DNA of 22,056 bases from Octopus sinensis (lineage: Eukaryota), in the NCBI RefSeq assembly GCF_006345805.1, contig NW_021823565.1, forward strand, positions 1 through 22,056, given 5' to 3'. Under the pieces are notes generated by a model. That model saw only the letters and a program-made list of their open reading frames with translations. It ran no database searches and had not been told where the DNA came from. Each line of letters opens with the position of its first letter. The first letter of the stretch is position 1. The position numbers were made by a program, and so were the translations under genes. Positions 1 through 9,866 of the stretch are shown in pieces.

Positions 1-188
1 TTGTTCTGAAATTTCGGAGAATCAATCCAGCTAACCGTCTGCATTTTATCACCATTAGCAATATGCACTTGGAAAGATGCATCATTGCTCATGTCAATGC
101 CCAGGACACGCACTGATTTCGACTCAGGGATTGCAATTCTTCCTGGGCCAGTGTATCCAGTCTGCACGTCGTTTACCTTTGTGTGCCA
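1..188 (-). mobile_element. Inverted fragment of CR1-group LINE copy 1 (C-terminal RT region), running off the window edge
   Basis: The reverse complement reads WHTKVNDVQTGYTGPGRIAIPESKSVRVLGIDMSNDASFQVHI..KCRRLAGLILRNFRT, homologous to 5500-5700 and 13700-13900. Positions 148-188 are the exact reverse complement of 1412-1452. Confidence 0.9.
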
Positions 189-2030
189 CAAACGAAAACA
201 AAAACAAGATCCCTAGAGAAAGGAAGATTCTTATGAGACGACGGACAAGGATTGCAAACCGCCTGAGCAAGCACACCAAAAGTGGTGAGAAGTCTCGGCT
301 CGAGAGAATGCTAATGGAAACTGAGAAAAGTCTGCATCAGTCCCATGAAAAGGAGAGAGCAGATGAAGAAGTGCACCAGGGAATAGGACCTCTCTTCCAA
401 AAAGATGGCTCTCTCACAAGAAATCCCACGAGGATAAGTGAAATACTGAACGAACAATTCCAAAGTGTGTTCACTACACCTCTAGGACACAGGCAAGTAA
501 ACAACCCAGAAGAATTCTTTGCCACTTTACCTGTGGGCAAAGAGGCCAAATTGAGTACATCCACATCGAAGATGATGATATCACACAAGCCTAGATGAGA
601 TTGAGACAAAACAACTCAGCTGCTGGACCTGATGGATTCCCAGCGATCCTTCTCAAATCGTGCAAACGAGCCTTGCAAAACCGCTACAGCTTCTTTTTCA
701 GAGCTTTCTTGCAAGTGGTAAGCTCCCAGTCAAATTGAAAGAGGGGGTAATATGCCCTATCCATAAGGAGGTAGCAGAGCAGATGCTAAAAATTATAGGC
801 CTATCTCTCTGACCTCACACAACAGCAAAGTCATGGAACGAATAGTTCGTAAAAAACAAATCATGTTCCTTGAAGAAAATGACTTGCTGTCTGACACCCA
901 GCATGGATTTCGACCAGGTAGAGGCTGCCTAACACAGCTCCTGCAACACTATGACTGTGTGTTGAAACAGCTACTAAATGGCTCAAATGTAGATGTAATA
1001 TATCTCGACTTAGCAGAAGCCTTTGATAAGGTCGACCATGGTATGATCTGTCACAAACTGCATGGTATCGGCATAGGCGGAAAACTTGGGGAGTGGCTGC
1101 ACAACTTCCTAAAAGACAGAAAACAGGCAGTTGTGAGCAATGGAGCCACCTCCAAGGAAACACAAATAACAAGCGGTGTCCCACAGGGCACTCTCTTAGG
1201 GCAACTGATGTTCAGAGTGGCCCTTTCACACGTGCCTTCAGTTGCTACGATGACCACCCTTGTTAACTATGCAGCTGACACAAAAGTCTCCCACGCAAAA
1301 CAAAACCCTGAAAATATTGCGCATCTGCAACAGGAGTTGGACACAATATACAGGTGGGCTGAGGACAACAACATGCAGTTTAATGCAAGTAAGTTCCAGG
1401 CCCTGCGCTACTGGCACACAAAGGTAAACGACGTGCAGACTGGATACACTGGACTACTGCTCCCAACTCTGGTCACCACACAATATAAAACTAACAGCAC
1501 AACTCGAAGCAATTCAGAGAAGCTACACAAAGAAAATCGTCTCAATGCAAAATATCAGCTACTGGGAAAGACTGAAGGTATTAAACCTCTTCTCCCTAGA
1601 GCGGAGGCGGGAGAGATATGCGGTGATATACATCTGGAAAATCCTGGAGGCATTCAAATTTTCCCTAACCGCAGAACGGGGCGCCGCTGCATGGAGCCAA
1701 AGACTCCAACATTACCATCAAAATACAGGTCCAGATACTGCAACAGCTTGGGTTTCAGAGGACCACAGCTCTTTAACATCCTCCCTAAATGCCTGAGAGA
1801 CTTACATGGTGTGGATGTGGGTTTCTTTAAAACTAAATTAGATCTCTTCTTGTCGGGAGTCCCAGATGAACCTACCTCACGACAAGTGACGCAGATGCGG
1901 GCAGCAGCGTCGAACTCCCTTGTTGATCAAGTGCCACGTATCAGAGGTGGATTCACATATTAGTGTAGCTCATTCAGCGGTGGTGCCCCAGAATGGCCGC
2001 GGCCTTCGGGCTAAACGTTTTTAAGGACTT
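180..2030 (+). mobile_element. CR1-group LINE copy 1, 5'-truncated and decayed (EN-RT linker, RT, 3' UTR)
   Basis: ORF 833-1963 has QHGFRPGRGC, VIYLDLAEAFDKVDH, GVPQGTLLG and YAADTK (degenerate YADD). The linker NKIPRERKILMRRRT is shared with the other copies. It ends in a GGTGGTGC..ATGGCC..hairpin-AAAC terminus. Frameshifts and internal deletions are present. Confidence 0.92.
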
Positions 2031-2076
2031 AATATATATATATATATATATTATATATATTATATATATATATATA
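2031..2076. repeat. (TA)n microsatellite
   Basis: Direct reading of TA dinucleotide repeats. Confidence 0.97.
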
Positions 2077-2607
2077 CGTTGTCTGACCTCATGAACTTGC
2101 CAGTCGATGCCTCTGATGATCTGTTCGAGACATGCGGTGAAAAGTTTTGGGGAGATCGTATCTCCTTGCTTCACTCCCTTTGCGACTGGCACTCGTACGG
2201 GTGACAACAGCAGAGCTATGTTGGTGGTGCATCCGGAATTTGCCTCCCTGAGCAGTTGCAATGCTTGGTATCTCCTTGAGAGAGCACATCAGTAGCAAGA
2301 TCATCAGAAAGAAGTCCGGCGTGAGGGATGTCATCGCAGAGTATACACGCAGTAAGTTTAGATGGGCTGGACACGTCGCCCGGCTCACCGATAATCCGGG
2401 TACCCGCGCATTTGTCGAGTGGTACCCGCGCGAGCGGAAACGACCATCCGGAAGGCCCCCACGACGGTGGAATTACGATTTAAGGAGGACGATCGGGATC
2501 ACGTGGATGAGAAAGGCGCGATCCAGAGAGGAGTGGACAGCGTGCTGTGACCAGCGGTGTCAAATGGACGCCTGACGGACTGGTCGGTCAGGTGATCAAG
2601 GTGATAT
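2077..2607 (+). mobile_element. RTE-clade LINE fragment with an inverted 5' part (2077-2260 minus, 2261-2607 plus)
   Basis: The minus strand encodes VAKGVKQGDTISPKLFTACLE (RT QG motif). The plus strand encodes the RTE-type C-terminus KFRWAGHVARLTD..WYPRERKRPSGRPPRRW, then a short 3' UTR ending in GGTGATCAAGGTGAT. Confidence 0.88.
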
Positions 2608-2674
<67 letters not shown>

Positions 2675-2697
2675 TATATTATATATATATATATATC

Positions 2698-2763
<66 letters not shown>

Positions 2764-2780
2764 AGAATTATATATATATA
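2608..2780. repeat. (TA)n microsatellite
   Basis: Interrupted TA repeats, read directly. Confidence 0.97.
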
Positions 2781-3264
2781 AGAATAGAAGTAAAACTGCC
2801 TATCATATACCAAAAAGGATGGAAAAAAACAGCGCACACGGGTGTGTAGGTTCTACCTGAGAGGTACCTGCTGGCATGGAGAGGAAGGTGCAGGCTGCCG
2901 TTTTGCACATCGGGGACCCTGCCGCAGAGACACGAAACAGATCAGTGACAAACTAACAAAAGGAAAAGGGATGGACCACGCACCACCTGCCCCAAAACGG
3001 AGGTACGCAGATGTGGTGCGTGCCACAAACCGCCAACATGATGTTGTTGAAAGGGCAGCTGTTGAACAAGAATCTTTTTTGTGCATGGCACAAAAGATTG
3101 TACAGCAACTAACCTTGCTTCATCAAACCCAAGCTCGCAAATGGAACTACCCACAATATACAAGACTACCACAGCAAATATACCTAAGGTTACACCGCCG
3201 GCAACAGCATACACCTCACCTCGATGCTCCTACTGAACATCAGAGGACTGCAAACACTCAGTAA
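2781..3264 (+). pseudogene. CR1 ORF1 C-terminal remnant with a CCCH-type zinc finger
   Basis: CRFYLRGTCWHGEEGAGCRFAH = C-x7-C-x8-C-x3-H, lying directly upstream of the APE domain. There is a frameshift near 2842. Confidence 0.72.
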
Positions 3265-6200
3265 CAGGACAAAAATCCCGTTCTTGAGAGACTTTGTTGC
3301 ATGCAATCAAGCCTTATGCATAGCACTTACGGAAACGCACCTGAAACCGGACATAGCAGATGCGGAGTTACACATACCACAGTATGTTGTACTACGGACC
3401 GACAGAAAAGAAAGGAGTCATGGAGGAGTTGCTATGTACATCCGTGAGGACCTCACACCACAGGTCCTTTTGTCATACTCAAACTCGGTGTGTGACACAC
3501 TAATTGTACATATAAGGCAACTTGATGTAATTGCGTGTGCTACATATCGCCCTCCAGATGCCCCAAGCCATGTAGGCAAGTTTGAAGACTGCCTTATAAA
3601 AATAGAAGTTCTAATCACATTAGAACAACACATAAGTGTACTTTTATGGGAGACTACCCAATGTCAGATGGCCCCAGGAATGACAGGATGTGAACGAGGA
3701 CAGGCGAGGTCTCTCCTGAACCTCATCAACACCCTGAACATGGAGCAAGTAATACTCCAACCAATCAGGGCAGGTAACACACTGGATCTCTGCTTCACAA
3801 ATAATATGGATCTCATCCATAATGTGAAAGTGACACCGACACTACTCTCGGATCACAACATGGTAGAGCTGACCATGTACGGGCCAAAGGAAAGCATGGA
3901 CATGCAGCCTACAAGAAACCCTCAGAATCTTTCCAGCTTGAACTTCCATAAAGCAAACTGGAAACAAATTGAGAAAGAGATCCTCAAACAAAGCTGGCCT
4001 GAATGTCTCTCCTCACCAGACATCGACATGAAACTTCAACAATTCATGTCTGTAATGCAAGCCATATGCTACAAATGTGTCCCAGAGAGAAAGGCCACTG
4101 TACACAAGAACAAAATCCCCAGAGAGAGGAAAATTCTAATGAGACGGCGTACAAAATTTTCAAATCGCCTAAACAAACAAATTGAAAGCAGTGAAAAGTC
4201 CCGCCTGAAAATAAAACTGATGGAAATTGAAAAATGTCTGCAACTCTCCCATGAAAAGGAAAGAGCAGACAAAGAAGCCTAGGCTATAGACAACATAAAA
4301 TCTAACCCCAGAGCTTTCTACAGGTATGCCAAAGAAACAGCTACGGTGCACTGTAGGATAGGGCCACTCCTTGAAAAGGATGGCACACTCACAGGAAAAC
4401 CAATGAGGGTAAATGAAATACTGAATGAGCAATTCAAGAGTGTTTTCACTCCACCCATTGGGCATTTCCAAATCACCAATCCAACTGACTTCTTTACCAC
4501 TGCAGATATAAAATCAGAGGCAGCGATGATAGATTACATCGATATAAAAGAAGACGATGTAATAAAGGCTATAGATGAAATGAAAACAGACTCAGCTACT
4601 GGCCCCGATGGATTCCCGGCAATCCTCCTAAAAGTGTGTAAAAGAGTCCTAGCAAGACCACTGCAGTTCCTCTATCAGAGCTTCCTTGCAACTGGCAAAC
4701 TTCCAAGAAAACTGAAGGAAGGTAAAATATGCCCTATTCATAAAGGAGGTAGCAGAGCGAAGGCCAAGAACTACAGACCTATCTCTCTGACCTCACACAT
4801 CAGCAAGGTCATGGAACGAATAGTCAGAAGGAAACTGATCACCTTCCTTGAAGAAAATGACTTGCTGCCTGACCCCAACATGGTTCCGACCAGGAAGAAG
4901 CTGCTTAACTCAGCTCCTACAACACTATGACTGGGTGCTGAAACGACTGCTCAACCACTCAAATGTGGAAGTGATATATCTCGACTTTGCAAAGGCCTTT
5001 AATAAAGTCGATCATGGAATGATATGTCACAAACTGCGTGATCTTGGCATAGTTGGAAAACTGGGAGAATGGCTTCATCCCAATACCCAAAAAGGCGATT
5101 TATCCCTCGTCACCAACTACAGGGGTATGTCTATAATGTCAATTGCTGCAAAACTGTACAACAAACAGATTCTAAATCGTCTTGTCCTTCTTGTTGAACC
5201 TTTGCTCCGAAAGAACCAAAACGGATTCAGGTGGTAGTAGCCAATGGGGCCACTTCCATTAACACGCAAATATTAAGCGGTGTTCCGCAGGGCACTGTTT
5301 TGGGACCACTACTGTTCATAATGGCCCTCTCAGACATGCCCTCAGCCACGCAGAGAGCCACGATCACAGATGATACAAAAGTTTCACAGGCAATACAGAA
5401 CCCTGAGGACACTAAACGCCTGCAATGTGAGCTGGACAAAATATACAAGTGGGCTGAAAAGAATAGCATGCAGTTCAATGCTGAAAAGTTTCAAGCTTTA
5501 TGCTATCAGCATGCAAAACTAATGCAATACCCAATGAATACACTGGACCCGGAGGAATTGCAATCCCAGAGGCACAATCAGTGCGTGACCTGGGTATTTA
5601 CATGAGTGATGACGCAACCTTTCGTCTATATGTTGCTAAATTGGCAATGAAATGCCGGCGGCTGGCCGGATGGATTCTTAGAACCTATAGAACCAGAGAA
5701 CAAGAAACCATGATGGTCCTCTGGAGGACACTTGTCCTAAGCCACTTTGACTATTGCTCTCAGCTATGGTCACCATCCAGTATCAAGTTGATCACAGAAC
5801 TTGAGGCGATACAACGTAGCTACACGAAGAAGATAGCCACTGTGCAGAATATAAGCTACTGGGAAAGACTCAAGAGATTAAAACTCTATTCCTTGGAGCG
5901 TAAGCGAGAAAGATATGCCATAATATACATCTGGAAGATCCTGGAAGGACTTGTCCCAAACTTTGGCATCGAGAGTTACACAAATGCCAGAACTGGGCGC
6001 CACTGCGTGGTGCCAAGGACTCCAAATTTGCCATCAAGATATAGGACAAGATACTGTGATAGCCTGGGCTTCCGAGGCCCACAGCTCTTCAATATCCTCC
6101 CGAAGAACCTGAGACCTGCATAGGGTGGATGCAGATGTCTTTAAAATGAAACTGGATCTCTTCTTGTCAGGTATCCCAGATGAACCAACTTCACGGCAGG

Positions 6201-6290
6201 AGATGCAGATGAGGGCAGCTGCATCGAACTCTCTCATGCACCAAATGGCAGTTGCTAAAAGCATTCGTGAAGTAAAACCATGTAGCAATA
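3224..6290 (+). pseudogene. CR1 ORF2 (APE endonuclease + reverse transcriptase), disrupted
   Basis: APE motifs: LLNIRGL, ALTETHL, DRKERSHGGVAMY, YRPP, NTLDLCFT, SDH. RT motifs: KNYRPISLTS, YLDFAKAFNKVDH, GVPQGTVLGPLLF. Stops and frameshifts split it into ORFs 3224-4282, 4346-4930, 4848-5237, 5231-5605, 5500-6123 and 6125-6319. Confidence 0.93.
5079..5227 (+). mobile_element. ~150-bp fragment of an unrelated (RTE/RTEX-like) LINE RT embedded in CR1 copy 2
   Basis: With one A restored it reads IPIPKKGDLSLVTNYRGMSIMSIAAKLYNKQILNRLVLLVEPLLRKNQNGFR. It replaces the (D/N)FLKDRx stretch present in copies 1 and 4. Confidence 0.85.
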
Positions 6291-6346
6291 CCCAATGGCG
6301 GTGCCCCAGCGTGAGCTGAAACTAGTATCAATCAATCAATCAATCA

Positions 6347-6360
6347 TATGTATATATGTA

Positions 6361-6405
<45 letters not shown>

Positions 6406-6569
6406 TGTATATATATATACATATATATATATACATATAGACATATATTTACATATACATACATACATATATATAACATATATATATATACATATATATA
6501 TACATATATATATACATATATATATATACATATATATATATACATTAATATATATACATATATATATGC

Positions 6570-6611
<42 letters not shown>

Positions 6612-6859
6612 TATATACATATATATATTACATATATACATATATATATATATACATATATATATACATATATATATACATATATATATATACATATATA
6701 TATTACATATATACATATATATATACATATACATATATATACATATATATATACATATATATATCATATATATACATATATACATATATATATATACATA
6801 CATACATATATATTCATACATACATATATATAACATATATATATATATATACATTATAT

Positions 6860-6956
<97 letters not shown>

Positions 6957-7000
6957 CATATATATATCATACATATGTGTATATATATATATACATATAA
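6347..7000. repeat. Long compound (TA)n/(TACA) microsatellite
   Basis: About 650 bp of TA repeats with interspersed CA, read directly. Confidence 0.97.
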
Positions 7001-7254
7001 AATTAAATTTAGGGTAAAAATTGATATTTATCAATTAGAACCGGTGGTCTAGCATATTAAAGAAAGAATCCGAAGATTAAAATATTATATATACCAATTA
7101 AGGACTGCACACGAAAAGTGGACAGTCAACATGCTAGATATAGACGTCAAATCGCCATTCTCCACAAAAAAGTTTATGTTCTCAGATCAAACTCAACAAA
7201 ACCAAAGCAATAAACAAGTGAAAAATATACGAAATAAATATTTACCCTGGTACT

Positions 7255-7345
7255 AAATTTTGTGTGGTCAGTTTCTTTTTTGATGTGTCCTGGTGTAATG
7301 TTGAATAGAGCGGGTCCAATTGAGGTGAAATAATTGTGCCGTATT
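7255..7345 (-). mobile_element. 91-bp fragment of a sister subfamily of CR1 copy 3
   Basis: Aligns without gaps to 7549-7639 with 8 substitutions. Confidence 0.9.
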
Positions 7346-9235
7346 AATAACTTAGAATAACTTAGAAAGGTTTTGGCCAGTATTGGCCCAGGCCATGTCT
7401 AACTTAATAGCACCACCTGGCGAAGTCTTTCAGTTCAGGATTTGGGCACCAAGGCCCATTCGAGCAGAGAGTTATTGTTTGCGGAGACATATCCGGGTGT
7501 GGGGGGTTTGTCCGGTACTGTTTGAAGGAATTTGTCCAAAGACTTCTTGAATTTTGTGTGGTCAGTTTCTTTTTTGACGTGCCCTGGTGTAATGTTGAAG
7601 AGGGCAGGTCCAATTGAGGTGAAATAGTTGTACCGTATTGTCGTTATGTGATGCGATTTAGATTTTTGTTGTGGACGGATGGCACGTTATCCAAGCCTTG
7701 GATGCATTTTGAAGGTGATGCCAACATCATTCGGACAGTGCTGATGGAATATTTTCCACATCATACAGATAATGTAGCGTTCACGGCGTCGTTGGAGTGA
7801 ATACAATTTCAACTTCTCTAGTCTACCCCAGTAGTCAAGGTCTGACATGCCATCTATCTTTTTTGTGATTGACCTTTGGGGAGCTTCAATTCTCATAATA
7901 TTTTGTTTTGTGTAGGGAGACCACAGTCGACAGCAGTTTTCAAGGTGGGGTCGGGCAAAAGTGGAGAAGAGAAGGATAATAGTGTGGGAATCTCTCGACT
8001 GGAAGGTTCTGAGAATCCAGGAACACATTCTGCGGGCCATGTCAACTTTGCTGCTTATATGTGTAGCCCAGCTTATATTGTTGTCCACTGTTACTCCCAA
8101 GTTTCTGATGTTGTTGGACGCCATGAGAATTTCTCCAGAAGGAAGGGAGTATAGGAGTTTCAGAGCGTCCTCCCTTCCAAAGGGGATCAGTTCGAATTTG
8201 TCTTCGTTAGAGCAGCATGTTATTCTTTTCCGCCCATTGGACAACAGCCAGTAGGTCTGACTGAAGGCTTATTCGGTCATCCACGCCATTGATGACCTTC
8301 TGGAGCTTGGAATCATCAGCGAAGGTTTCTGATTTACTGTGTTTGATGGTGTCAGTAATATCATTTATGTAGATGATGAAGAGAAGTGGGCCCAACAGTG
8401 CCTTGTGGGATACCACTGCTGACTTTGGCTGGGCTGGATTTGACTCCTTCGACTATAACATGTTGGGTTCTGTTAGACAGGAAGCACTTGATCCACTGCA
8501 GCAGCTTTCCAGTGACACCAATATTGGACAGCTTTCTCAGAAGGTTCTTATGATCAACCCTGTCAAAAGCTTTGCTGAAATCAAGGTAGATGACATCAAT
8601 GTTGGAACCCTCTCCCAAGGCTCTCAAAATGTCATCAAAATGATGCAGTAGCTACGTCAGGCAATCTCTCCCATTACGGAATCCATGCTGGTTGGAGTTC
8701 AGCATATTATGACTCTCAAGGAAGTGAGTCATACGCGATCTCAGCGCTCTCTCAAATACTTTAATGATGTGAGAGGTGAGTGAGATTGGACGGTAATTCA
8801 CGGCAAGCGATTTGTTTCCTTTTTTGAAAACTGGGACAACAGTCTGGGATAGAAGGTCTTCTGGTATATATCCAGCATCCATTGAGTTCCGCCACAGATT
8901 GGCCACAGGGGGTGCAATTTGGTTTTGACACATCTTCAGGACACAAGCAGGGAACCTATCGGGACATACTGCTGAATTATGCTTCATTTCCTTTATTGCT
9001 GCTAAGACATCAGGAGCGCCAAAGGTTATGTCCGATAAAGTGTATTGGGGAGTAACATCACTGATACAGCCCAGATCAGTCATATCAGGATTGCTGAAAC
9101 AGAGCAATATTGTTTCTGCAATATCTCTCCCATGGTTTTGGCATTGTCTTGAAGAGTACCATTTTCATCAATCAGAGGGCCAACAGTAGAACCAGTGACT
9201 GTGTTTTTTTGCAAATGAAAAGAACACGTTGGGAT
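7346..9235 (-). mobile_element. CR1-group LINE copy 3 (a more distant family), 5'-truncated and decayed
   Basis: Minus-strand NYRPISLTSHIIKVFER, QHGFRNGRDC, YLDFSKAFDRVDH, GIPQGTV, FADDSKL and YSLQRRRERY. The coding frame continues to ..NNNSLLEWALVPKS* near 7435, followed by a GGTGGTGC..CATGGCC terminus and a (TTCTAAGTTA)2 tail. Confidence 0.92.
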
Positions 9236-9254
9236 AGATAAACTTAGTATACAG

Positions 9255-9476
9255 GCTGCTAATATGTAAATAATTACATATAAATAATGAATAAATAAAT
9301 AGATAAATAACATAAAGTACAAATCAAGATGAGTACAAATATAAACTAAATATATAAGACTGCTAATATGTATAAAGCCAAATATAAGTAAATGAAAAGA
9401 TTTATTAATAAATAACATAAGATACAAATTAAGATGAGTACAAAGATAAACTTAATATATAATATATAAGACTGCC
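9255..9476. repeat. AT-rich tandem duplication, about 104-112-bp unit, just over 2 copies
   Basis: CTGCTAATATGTA recurs near 9256 and 9360 and CTGCC near 9472. ATAAATAACATAA..AAGATGAGTACAAA occurs twice. Confidence 0.8.
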
Positions 9477-9866
9477 AAATAAATACCTGCAAAAACCCAT
9501 ATACTCATCCAAAACAAACAATGTACATTCAATATAGACTCGCATTTATTACATATTAGTATTACAGTATCTAAAACCAGCTTCCCAAACTATAATACTC
9601 ATACACACTCAAAAATTTTGGAACTCCCCATGAATATCATAGTGCTGTGTATATACCAAAATATATATATTCATATCCCAGTGTTTTTCTGTTATAAGCT
9701 AGGACAAAAAACAAAAAAAAAACAATCAATACAGAACATATATATTTATATATATGTGTAGCTACAAGATTATAAATTTATAAGTTGTATGTTTCAAATT
9801 GTAAAGACCACTAGTACAATCGGATGTAGAGGAAAGTTAAAATATTACTAGTAGAAAAGCTAAGTT

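Larger units (their letters stand above)
2781..6346 (+). mobile_element. CR1-group LINE copy 2, the longest copy (ORF1 3' end, APE endonuclease, RT, 3' UTR, (ATCA)n tail)
   Basis: ORF1 remnant followed by a fragmented ORF2, the terminus GGCGGTGCCCCAGCGTGAGCTGAAAC, and an (ATCA)n tail at 6327-6346. Confidence 0.94.

Noticed and set aside
2755-2790. Short duplication TAAGAAT at the 5' junction of CR1 copy 2
   Set aside because: Readily explained by slippage at the edge of the (TA)n tract; too short to call a TSD.
6295-7034. Long ORFs of 214-240 aa rich in I/Y/H on both strands (similar ones at 2547-2849, 15900-16516, 18235-18420, 18637-19111 and 20307-20600)
   Set aside because: These are translations of (TA)n, (TAGA)n and trinucleotide microsatellites, which lack stop codons in some frames. 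They are not genes.
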